From contig CP120454.1 in assembly GCA_034226945.1 (NCBI GenBank), forward strand, positions 1,240,001 through 1,304,000: 64,000 bases of DNA. Direction: 5' to 3'. Source of the stretch: Picochlorum sp. SENEW3 (Eukaryota). Each line of letters begins with the position of its first letter. The stretch's first letter is position 1. The translations under genes were made by a program, and so were the position numbers. The notes under the pieces are model-generated. The model worked only from the letters and a program-made list of their open reading frames with translations. It was not told the DNA's origin and searched no databases. Shown in pieces: positions 56,321 to 64,000 of the stretch.

Positions 56321-59300
56321 CTATTGCTTGGTTTTGAGATCGTGCCTAGCCACTGTCAAGTTCTGGGTGAACTTGTCTCTGTTCTTTGCATCCAATGTTC
56401 TCTTCACATCAGTCATCAACTTATCCAAGCAGGTTGCTACAGCTGGTTGACGATCAGCAGGTTGACTTTGGATGACCTGCTGCCGAATCTGGCTGTAGAC
56501 TGACTCGGTCACGAGGATCAGAGTAAGCATTGGCCTTGACAAAGACCACTGATTTGAGCAATCCTCAAACAGGACCACATCAAAGAGCGTGGACAAGACC
56601 CGCGGGAAAGCATCAGGATGCCGTGCTAGATGTTCTTGGAGCTGCAGTCCTGTCTCATTCGGCTTGGGACCGTCTGGCTTGTGCTTGAAATAGTACCCGG
56701 CCAAGTTGTCAATGGCAGATGCACACTGAGAACTGATGCTGACATCCAATGATTTGATTCCTGCCTCCAATGCAGCGATAATTGATGCAAAAATGCTATC
56801 GTCACGCTTCGCAAGCGCTGGGACGTGGTTATGACATAGCGAATCCACAAACGCATAGTATGCTTTGGCAAGCTTTTTGTACCCCAAGATATCCTGCGTG
56901 CTGATTCCCAAGAGCATCTTCAGACACACATCCAGCGCATCCCTGAGTGCTGGGTCTCCATAGAGATCAAAGACACCAAAATTCACATAATTTCCACTCA
57001 AAGATTTTGTCAGTATGGAACAGCTGATCCAGATTCCTTTGAATCGTTGACCATATGGATCGCTTGATGGTGGAGGAAGACTCAGAATTCTATTTCCATA
57101 GGCGCACAGCGCTTTTGAAACCTCTCTGAACAACAAAATACCATTTGCAGAAGAGGAATCAAATGTCAAACGTTGCGTTTTATTGTGAACGAATTCAGCC
57201 AAAAACTTGAGTATGGCATTAGAAACCTCTGGCGTGTCTGCCCAGGCATCCAAACAGGCGATGATGACTGGAAAATGGGTCGGATAAAGCCACTCAAACA
57301 CCAATCCGTATGTTCTTCGATTCGTCGTCGCTGCAGTAATACCTCTTAAATCTCTGAATATACCCACGACTGTTTCTTTAGGAACCGACGCTTTGAGCGC
57401 CTCGACAGAACTGGCAGCAGCACTTGCAGATGCAATGGCTGACAAGACCTGCCCCAAAGGCTGAACGAATGCATCAAACGCCCCCGGTGTATCTTCCATG
57501 AAGAGTAATCTTCCTAACGTTAAATAATAGGTTGTTCGGCATTTTGAGTTTGGAGCACATGATAAGAAGGGGAAATACTCGGATGTATGGTGCTGCAACA
57601 GCATGGACACAGCATCCAACTTGAGCATGACCTTCCCACTCATGTACCCGGCCGCCAAATCCTGAAACAATCCCAAAGTAGCATTAATAACCTCTTCACA
57701 CGATCCATACACTTTCAAGTTGAAGCAGATCTTCCCCAACAGTGCATTCATCACTGCAATGTGATCAGCAATACCACATTTTTCTCTCAATCGTGTGTAC
57801 ACCTTACTACTATGAACAACCTGTTCACCGATATACGCTCTTCTAAAACTCTGTAAAAATGATATCAAAGCCAATTCCAAGCGCTGCTTGGACCTGATCG
57901 AGTGCCTCTGCGAGTGCACGGTCGATTCTGACGCTGCAATAATGGTGAAAACCCTGGCTGCCAAGTCTCCATCCAACTGCTCATAGGCCTCAGCGCCAGA
58001 TGAGCTCACCCTTCCCCGAATAACCGCAGATACTATATGTACCAACCATGTAAGCTGACTTTCTATAACATCAAGCTGACCGCTGGTAGAGGAAGACTCT
58101 GCTTGGTACTGTGACAAGCAAGGGTCCATCCAGTGCGTGATAAAAGCAGCAGTCTCTGCATACTGAAAACGGCACAGGTATGGCAGCGAGTCCAATTGAT
58201 CTTCCAAATGCTCTTCTTCATCAAGCGCATCTGGCCCTCCGCCTTGCGCCGTGACCGACAACAGACGAGATTCGATGTATGCCTGCGTAATTCTGGGGAC
58301 CTGTGCCTCCAACAAGGATGGCTTATCGCCCTTCAAATATGGCATACTACTCACCAACCGAGACCATAAACCGAGCAAATAAAATACCGATGCAGACGCC
58401 CATTGCCATGATTTCAGCGACTGAATTGTAAAATCAGCCACCAAAGACGTCCATTCAGGATATGCTTCCAAGCCAACCAATTCACTCAACTGATAATTTG
58501 TCTTCAACCTTCCCAACAGTCTACAAAACTCGTGGTAATTTTCATGATGTTGCAAACCACGCTGTGAAGATAAAATATCCCTCGTCCCTCGTATCAAACG
58601 GCCCAAAAACGCAATCCTCTCTACCTCTGATGAAAACAACGATCGTCGCACAGATGCCATCCTCACCAGACATTCCAAACACTTGTTCGACAATGGCGGC
58701 TGGCTATTACTGTAATACTCAAAATACGTCTCCAACGTCGACGCATCTTCGACCACAGACCTCCATGAAGAAGGAATCTGTATCGTTCCCAAATCCTCTG
58801 TGGAATCATCAATACACGTCCCCACAAAATCAAACGACAGACAGGCCAATGACAACGACATTGCCTGCTCCATCAACCTCACATTATCAGACGACCGTTT
58901 CAAATACGCCAAAGCATTCAAAGACATCTGGTAGATCTGGAACAAGGACCGATCCCGAAAGCTCACCGCCACCTTGCGATGCTGCGTCAATGTCCTCCCA
59001 GGACACGGACAATTCATCTCAGACACCGCCATTGTCAGAATCTTCAGCCCTAAAAAGTAGTGCATCTCCGATGTCTCCGACACGCCTTTATCTAAAAACA
59101 CTTTCCCTTCGTCCGCAATCGGCCGCATAGCGTCATCCTCAAACCACCCCAGCTTTGTCATTCGACACAACAATTGAACCAACGATGTCACCACATACGG
59201 CTCCAGCGATGGCCCTCTCTCATCCAAATACCGCAAGAAATACGCCCTCATCTCAATTCTAGCACTCAGAGACAACGTATGCTCCGTCACAAGCTTGAGC

Positions 59301-59500
59301 ATGCTCGACGCAGCAAACACCTGAGCATACGGTGAGGAAGAATTATCAAGAACAGTCTTGCAATGCGCCATGTACTCTGGCAATGTACCAAACACCTTTA
59401 GCGCCTGATCAGCTTGACTACGCTCCTGAGGACTCTGCGACGTATACAGAACCGTACACATAGCCTCCAATTGAGGCAACTGCTGCGCAGAAAACTCCAT
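56321..59500 (-). CDS. XPO7: Exportin-7 (RanBP16/17)
   Basis: HRKVAVSFRD, NYHEFCRLLGRLKTNYQLSELV, GNYVNFGVFDLYGD, NQWSLSRP, KNRDKFTQNL. Confidence 0.96.
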   Translation of the reverse strand: MEFSAQQLPQLEAMCTVLYTSQSPQERSQADQALKVFGTLPEYMAHCKTVLDNSSSPYAQVFAASSMLKLVTEHTLSLSARIEMRAYFLRYLDERGPSLEPYVVTSLVQLLCRMTKLGWFEDDAMRPIADEGKVFLDKGVSETSEMHYFLGLKILTMAVSEMNCPCPGRTLTQHRKVAVSFRDRSLFQIYQMSLNALAYLKRSSDNVRLMEQAMSLSLACLSFDFVGTCIDDSTEDLGTIQIPSSWRSVVEDASTLETYFEYYSNSQPPLSNKCLECLVRMASVRRSLFSSEVERIAFLGRLIRGTRDILSSQRGLQHHENYHEFCRLLGRLKTNYQLSELVGLEAYPEWTSLVADFTIQSLKSWQWASASVFYLLGLWSRLVSSMPYLKGDKPSLLEAQVPRITQAYIESRLLSVTAQGGGPDALDEEEHLEDQLDSLPYLCRFQYAETAAFITHWMDPCLSQYQAESSSTSGQLDVIESQLTWLVHIVSAVIRGRVSSSGAEAYEQLDGDLAARVFTIIAASESTVHSQRHSIRSKQRLELALISFLQSFRRAYIGEQVVHSSKVYTRLREKCGIADHIAVMNALLGKICFNLKVYGSCEEVINATLGLFQDLAAGYMSGKVMLKLDAVSMLLQHHTSEYFPFLSCAPNSKCRTTYYLTLGRLLFMEDTPGAFDAFVQPLGQVLSAIASASAAASSVEALKASVPKETVVGIFRDLRGITAATTNRRTYGLVFEWLYPTHFPVIIACLDAWADTPEVSNAILKFLAEFVHNKTQRLTFDSSSANGILLFREVSKALCAYGNRILSLPPPSSDPYGQRFKGIWISCSILTKSLSGNYVNFGVFDLYGDPALRDALDVCLKMLLGISTQDILGYKKLAKAYYAFVDSLCHNHVPALAKRDDSIFASIIAALEAGIKSLDVSISSQCASAIDNLAGYYFKHKPDGPKPNETGLQLQEHLARHPDAFPRVLSTLFDVVLFEDCSNQWSLSRPMLTLILVTESVYSQIRQQVIQSQPADRQPAVATCLDKLMTDVKRTLDAKNRDKFTQNLTVARHDLKTKQ

Positions 59501-59828
59501 TCTATATATACTGTAGTACTACACTCGTGTTGCTGTTTGTTGATTGATGGAAGGAGAGCAGTTGAACAGAAAATCGGCTCGACAGGAATACAAATCACCA
59601 CCGCAGCACGAATCAACTATCGCACATATACATCCATTACAATAAAACCATCACTGATACAATAGCAGACGTGAATCCAGGCAACCAATCCCGAGCCAAT
59701 GCGTGTCTTCTTCGTGATCACACTATCCTTCGATACCAGTCTCTGCCCAATCCTGCTATTTTTACAGTATCAAATTCTAAACAATCAGATAATATTCAAT
59801 AGGAGAGAACAGCTGTGCCAATGAACGA

Positions 59829-59834
59829 CACGTG
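59829..59834. promoter_or_regulatory. G-box (GACACGTGGC context) between divergent XPO7 and ycf49
   Basis: CACGTG core about 250 bp upstream of a plastid-protein gene; motif match only. Confidence 0.3.
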
Positions 59835-60078
59835 GCGATCAATCCATTTGATGCATGGTTCGATCGAGAGATCTTGTCATGTAAGATTTCGTAATTAAGA
59901 TATTAGATACACTGCATATATCTCATCGCTTCAACCCATGAAACAATCCTTGGATGGGAAGAGAGAGATCTCTTTTGGCAATCATTCCATAATGCCATCT
60001 GCCATGTCCCCTCGCCTCTCTTCATCCCCAGATACCATTTCAATCCATACTACTAGTATTCAATACGATTGTTATACC

Positions 60079-60720
60079 ATGCGTGGATGGTGTAGACCGC
60101 AGCCTGGGACTCTCAGGTCACTGGTAGGAGCAGATGGGCAGCAGAGACGTGGACGAGGCCAGTGCAACCATGGTTGCATTTCCCATGCCAAGAGGCCCAC
60201 CATGCCCATTGTCACGACTGCACGAGTCAAGAACAGTGACCAGATGATCAGTAGTACAGACTCTCCCATTGGAGCACATGCACAGCAAGAGTATAGAAAC
60301 ACAACAAGACGACCAAGGGCAGTATCCCTTGGTGGAGGAGCGTTGCTCCTCCTGCAGGTAGCAGCACTCTCGTCCCCCGAGGTTGGACACGCAGCAGGAC
60401 TCCTCGCAGGAGAACCATCGAACGCTCTGTCTCTGCCGACATGGGCGATTCATACGTCCTCTGTGATCGAGTGGGCTATTGCCATGTCTTTGATGTGGAA
60501 GTATGGAGAGGTTTCTGGAAACGAGAGGTGGAAGGGAATGACATGGGGCATGCTGCCCTGTCTCGGAAGTGCCATGTGCGCGTGTACGTGGCATTTCTTT
60601 TACAATGCGCCAGAGCTGGAGTTTCTGGTGGCACTTCAGGCATTTCTGACGATTGTAGGGAATACCACCTGCTGGATAGCAGCATACAGGATTTATCAGT
60701 CCTCTGTCCAGCAGCAGTAG
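60079..60720 (+). CDS. ycf49: Ycf49-like (DUF2499) plastid membrane protein
   Basis: NALSLPTWAIHTSSVIEW, SAMCACTWHFFYN, LVALQAFLTIVGN; transit-peptide-like leader. Confidence 0.9.
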   Translation: MRGWCRPQPGTLRSLVGADGQQRRGRGQCNHGCISHAKRPTMPIVTTARVKNSDQMISSTDSPIGAHAQQEYRNTTRRPRAVSLGGGALLLLQVAALSSPEVGHAAGLLAGEPSNALSLPTWAIHTSSVIEWAIAMSLMWKYGEVSGNERWKGMTWGMLPCLGSAMCACTWHFFYNAPELEFLVALQAFLTIVGNTTCWIAAYRIYQSSVQQQ

Positions 60721-60820
60721 GGATGGCAAAAATCTGTCAATCTAGAGCATTGTTTTTTATTTGTAATATTTTTCATTAGAAGAACACGTCGTAAGGCGAT
60801 TGTAGCAGTATATCGATACT

Positions 60821-61543
60821 ATGGCGGTGAACTCGTGCAGAGCTATCGTAGGGCAGCAGTTGACTGCGTCTCGCGTTGGTACGGTCTCTTGCATAGCACA
60901 TTGTACTATATATGTTGTATATAGTAGAGTATTGGTGCTCATGGTGTGGATGGATGTGTGTGTGTAGTGAGGTGTTCGAGAAGGCGGTCCTTGGTTCAGA
61001 GGGTGCAGGCTTCTGGGGCGTCGTTGGATGTGATCAAGGTATGCATTGTGATTATTACTGTTTTTTGTGGTTGTGGTTGTCGTTGGGAGGAGAAGAGCAC
61101 GATGGTTGCGCCAAGTCTTACTGCCTGACTGCCTCCTACATACATAATATACATGCATCTGATTCATACAAATCGATGCAGATGTCCCCTCTTGGAGATA
61201 GAGTGCTGATCAAGCCAAAAGAAAAGGAAGAGGTGCGATGGTGCTATGTGATGATGATGCCGTCTCCAGTATATATATCCACACACACAAATGTTGTTCT
61301 AACATGTCTTTGCAATTGCAGAAGAGTGCTGGTGGTGTGATTTTGACTGGTGGATCTTCTGGTTCCAGTATGGGAGATTCTACCCTCACTGGAACAGTTG
61401 TTGCTGTGGGAGAAGAGGTTGATGTTGGTGTGGCTGCTGGAGATGTGGTGTTGTTTACCAAGTATGGGTCCAGCGAGCTTGAGACTGATGAGGGCAGTGT
61501 CAACTTTGTGGTGCAAAAGAGCATTCTTGCAAAATTAGAGTAA
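60821..61543 (+). CDS. CPN10: Plastid 10-kDa co-chaperonin; exons 60821-60878, 60968-61038, 61182-61232, 61322-61543
   Basis: Three canonical in-phase introns give a transit peptide plus PLGDRVLIK..EEKSAGGVIL..GTVVAVG..GDVVLFTKYG..ILAKLE. Confidence 0.92.
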
Positions 61544-61637
61544 ATTTATTGCAATGATGATGATGATGAGATTCATTTGTGCTGTAAAATTCCTTCCTGT
61601 TCATGTTTCCTTCTGAATTGTACCATGATGAATATTA

Positions 61638-63650
61638 TTATTCATGCCGAGACTGAGGGGAATTGGAACCAGAATCCGATGGACCTCCCTTTGATGCAAG
61701 TGGCCGTCCTGATTGGCTCGGAACACTTGCATCGTTATTAGTATGGGTGGTCTTGTCGTAGGATGCTGACGCCATGACACAGTCCTGCCCTTGGACACGC
61801 TTGTCCTGTTCTTCCCGCTCTGCTGTATGCAATGATTTCGTTTGATATGCTTGTTCTGAAGATTCATTCCTATTTTTCTTATTAGATCCTTGCTCGCTGG
61901 TGGACTGCTTTGCAACTTGAACAAACTGACCACGGACCCGCGGTCTAGCATCAGCAAGAATCTTTCGACTCTTGTATCGAATTTTTGTCGATGTGTCTGC
62001 TTTTCTTCTCGTTCTCTTCTCTTTGTATTTCTTCACAGCTTCCAATCTGGCCAGCTGGGATCTGGTCGTGTCTGACATGGAAGGGGACGCCATCTGTCTC
62101 GATCCAGATGCATCAGAAAACGTTGGTTTTTGATACTTGGCTGGTATACCAGGCGCTGCCCATCCACCGTACGAATATGGAACATTCATCGGTGGCCAGT
62201 TCCCGGCAAACGGCCTCTGTGCACCTTGCATTGCATAGTTCATTTGCATTGCATGGTACTGCTGCTGCCAATTAAACCATGCTTGTTGGAAGTCCATTGC
62301 TTGTCTCTGAGCTTTCCCTTCCTCGGTATTTTGTTTTGAAACATCAGTACCAGGCCAAGGGAATGGATATTGTCGATAATTCACGACAGGATGACCTGGC
62401 ATAAATGGCATGGACATTAAATTCTGCATCCCAAATTGAGTGGATCCTCCAGAGCCATCCTCTGTCTTGAGAGTCTTTTGCTGTCCAGTGGCCGTATTTG
62501 CTGCATCCTTTGGTGTCATGTGTTTATCATCTGAAGACTCGTTTGAACGATGGCTTCGCATAGACGTAAGTGCTGCAGCAACCTCTGCATCCATGGGGTC
62601 TGCTGCAGCAGACTTGACGGATGGATTTGATGATTCATTCTTCTTGATAGGAGGCTTGGCCGCACCCGCAGCAGACTTTTTCGTGAGAACAGTGCCAGAC
62701 TGTTTTCCAGAGCTGCCATTTCCGGGCGTCATCTCCTCATCGGGCACCCCTGCAAGGGCCTTGCTTGCACGAGGTGGTTCTTCTTCCTCCTCCTCCTCTT
62801 GTTTTCTATGATGATGATATCTCCTATGATGATGATGACGGTGATGGTGATGGTGGACATCTCCATCAGGAATTGAAGGAGTATCCTCAAACACTGGCTT
62901 ATTTTCAGCAAGTCTCATTGCAGAGCTGGCATCTGCCCCTCGCTCCTTCTCAGCCATGCCACCCGCATTCTTGGCCGACAGTTGCCCCGCATGCTTCTGT
63001 TGCCACACTCGAGTCCAAATGTTACACACTTCATTCCTTCGCAAAGGCTTGACCCACCAATCCACAGCTCCAAGAGACAAACATTCAGCCATTGCATCCC
63101 TATCATCACACCTGTCCGAGTACACAATCACCAAAATATTGGTATATTCTTTGTGAGAACTCCGCAGGCGCTTCAAAAACTCGACAGCACTTGATACTGG
63201 TGGTTCGTGCGCTTTCAATATCACATCAACCGAGACGCCCTTGTCGAACTCTCGCACCAGCATTTCAAATGCAGCAGATCCCCGCGAGCAAATCAACACC
63301 TTGTATCCACACTCCTGCAACAACCCAACAGTCTTCAAGCGAGACTGCCTATCAGAATCAACAACAAGCACATGCATTTGACCTAATTCAGGAATATCCA
63401 TATCATGACGATGATCCGACGCCGTCGACACATGACCAGCAAGACCATTAGGCATGTGCTTTGAGCCAGGTGTTCCAGCCATCAACACAACATCATGCTC
63501 GTCAGCCATCGCATCCGTACTAACCCGTCGTTTCTTGGTAGTATCATTGTATTCATTCGTATCATCTTGTCGAGTCTCTGGTACTGGTTCTATCGCCGCC
63601 CCATTGCCAGGGGCGGCATCATCATCTGTACCCAATCTTCTCTTGTTCAT
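61638..63650 (-). CDS. TOC1: Pseudo-response regulator with CCT domain (TOC1/PRR)
   Basis: Receiver-like domain (VLVVDSD..GAVDWWVKPLRRNEVCNIWTRVW); CCT domain KIRYKSRKILADARPRVRGQFV. Confidence 0.88.
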   Translation of the reverse strand: MNKRRLGTDDDAAPGNGAAIEPVPETRQDDTNEYNDTTKKRRVSTDAMADEHDVVLMAGTPGSKHMPNGLAGHVSTASDHRHDMDIPELGQMHVLVVDSDRQSRLKTVGLLQECGYKVLICSRGSAAFEMLVREFDKGVSVDVILKAHEPPVSSAVEFLKRLRSSHKEYTNILVIVYSDRCDDRDAMAECLSLGAVDWWVKPLRRNEVCNIWTRVWQQKHAGQLSAKNAGGMAEKERGADASSAMRLAENKPVFEDTPSIPDGDVHHHHHRHHHHRRYHHHRKQEEEEEEEPPRASKALAGVPDEEMTPGNGSSGKQSGTVLTKKSAAGAAKPPIKKNESSNPSVKSAAADPMDAEVAAALTSMRSHRSNESSDDKHMTPKDAANTATGQQKTLKTEDGSGGSTQFGMQNLMSMPFMPGHPVVNYRQYPFPWPGTDVSKQNTEEGKAQRQAMDFQQAWFNWQQQYHAMQMNYAMQGAQRPFAGNWPPMNVPYSYGGWAAPGIPAKYQKPTFSDASGSRQMASPSMSDTTRSQLARLEAVKKYKEKRTRRKADTSTKIRYKSRKILADARPRVRGQFVQVAKQSTSEQGSNKKNRNESSEQAYQTKSLHTAEREEQDKRVQGQDCVMASASYDKTTHTNNDASVPSQSGRPLASKGGPSDSGSNSPQSRHE

Positions 63651-63952
63651 TCAGATATATATCGTCAGATTCAATGCCAACACAAACCGTGTCGTCCAAT
63701 CACATGTCTACACTGAGCATGGTATACGTGCTTTCAAAGATCCACGAGACTATCAATACTGCAGGTATATAGAGTACCAAGGGCGAAATCGTTTCCCTGA
63801 GAAATTCCTTTGGACTACGCAAGCCGTCAGCCACCACGTTTTCTCGCGTACAATAGTACTTTATATATTTATAGCACTAGTTTCTACCCTGTATTCTGTT
63901 CAAGACACGTGCTGCTGCTCCCTAGAACAATTGTTCCATCCACGGGCTGCGT

Positions 63953-63958
63953 CACGTG
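63953..63958. promoter_or_regulatory. G-box upstream of TOC1/PRR
   Basis: CACGTG about 300 bp upstream of the ATG; motif match only. Confidence 0.3.
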
Positions 63959-64000
63959 GTTTCCGTCGCTCTCGAAAAGACCTCTAGGTCGATAACTGTA

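Noticed and set aside
60721..60820. ycf49-CPN10 (100-bp gap, both plastid proteins) as a bicistronic pair
   Set aside because: TGTAA at 60762-60766 and many ATGs in the upstream ORF.
98..63995. Most short ORFs in the supplied track (such as 12708-13388, 13730-14476, 58462-59130, 60118-60729)
   Set aside because: Antisense or off-frame shadows of well-supported genes, with no recognisable motifs.
63651..64000. Evening element upstream of TOC1
   Set aside because: No AAAATATCT on either strand in the 350 bp available.

Overview
Gene-dense eukaryotic nuclear DNA from a compact-genome green alga. Short GT-AG introns, TGTAA poly(A) signals, tiny intergenic gaps and plastid-targeted proteins point to a Picochlorum-like trebouxiophyte (inference). 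About 34 protein-coding genes are supported: the 3' end of MSI4/FVE, DUF819, SRP68, a BRF2-like TFIIB-family factor, P5CR, a double-AP2 (WRI1/ANT-like) factor, a LAMMER kinase, a Treslin/TICRR-like protein, PSTK, an ADP1-type ABCG, a FetA/STAR1 + FetB/ALS3 pair, an ankyrin protein, PEX11, proteasome beta5, DGS1, a degenerate kinesin, P4H, an SGNH hydrolase, a TPR protein, SUMO, an ACR protein, an OPR-like protein, a DDT/WHIM protein, SPRING1-like, an SLC38 transporter, a GRIP golgin, exportin-7, Ycf49, CPN10, TOC1/PRR and several orphans. The main finding is at 22813-24682 (- strand). An ABC ATPase ORF overlaps its cognate UPF0014 permease ORF in the +1 frame, in bacterial operon order. By my manual scan, the 811 nt between the ATPase start codons and the permease ATG contain no ATG in any frame. 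That is the expected signature of a leaky-scanning bicistronic mRNA encoding both subunits of one transporter. Secondary findings are a cloverleaf-like cluster of nested palindromes at 11.05-11.12 kb, a repeated palindromic promoter module at 28.3/29.2 kb, and an orphan-rich secretory-protein island at 35-42 kb. No tRNA, rRNA, CRISPR array or intact transposon was recognised. All family assignments come from recalled motifs, not database searches.
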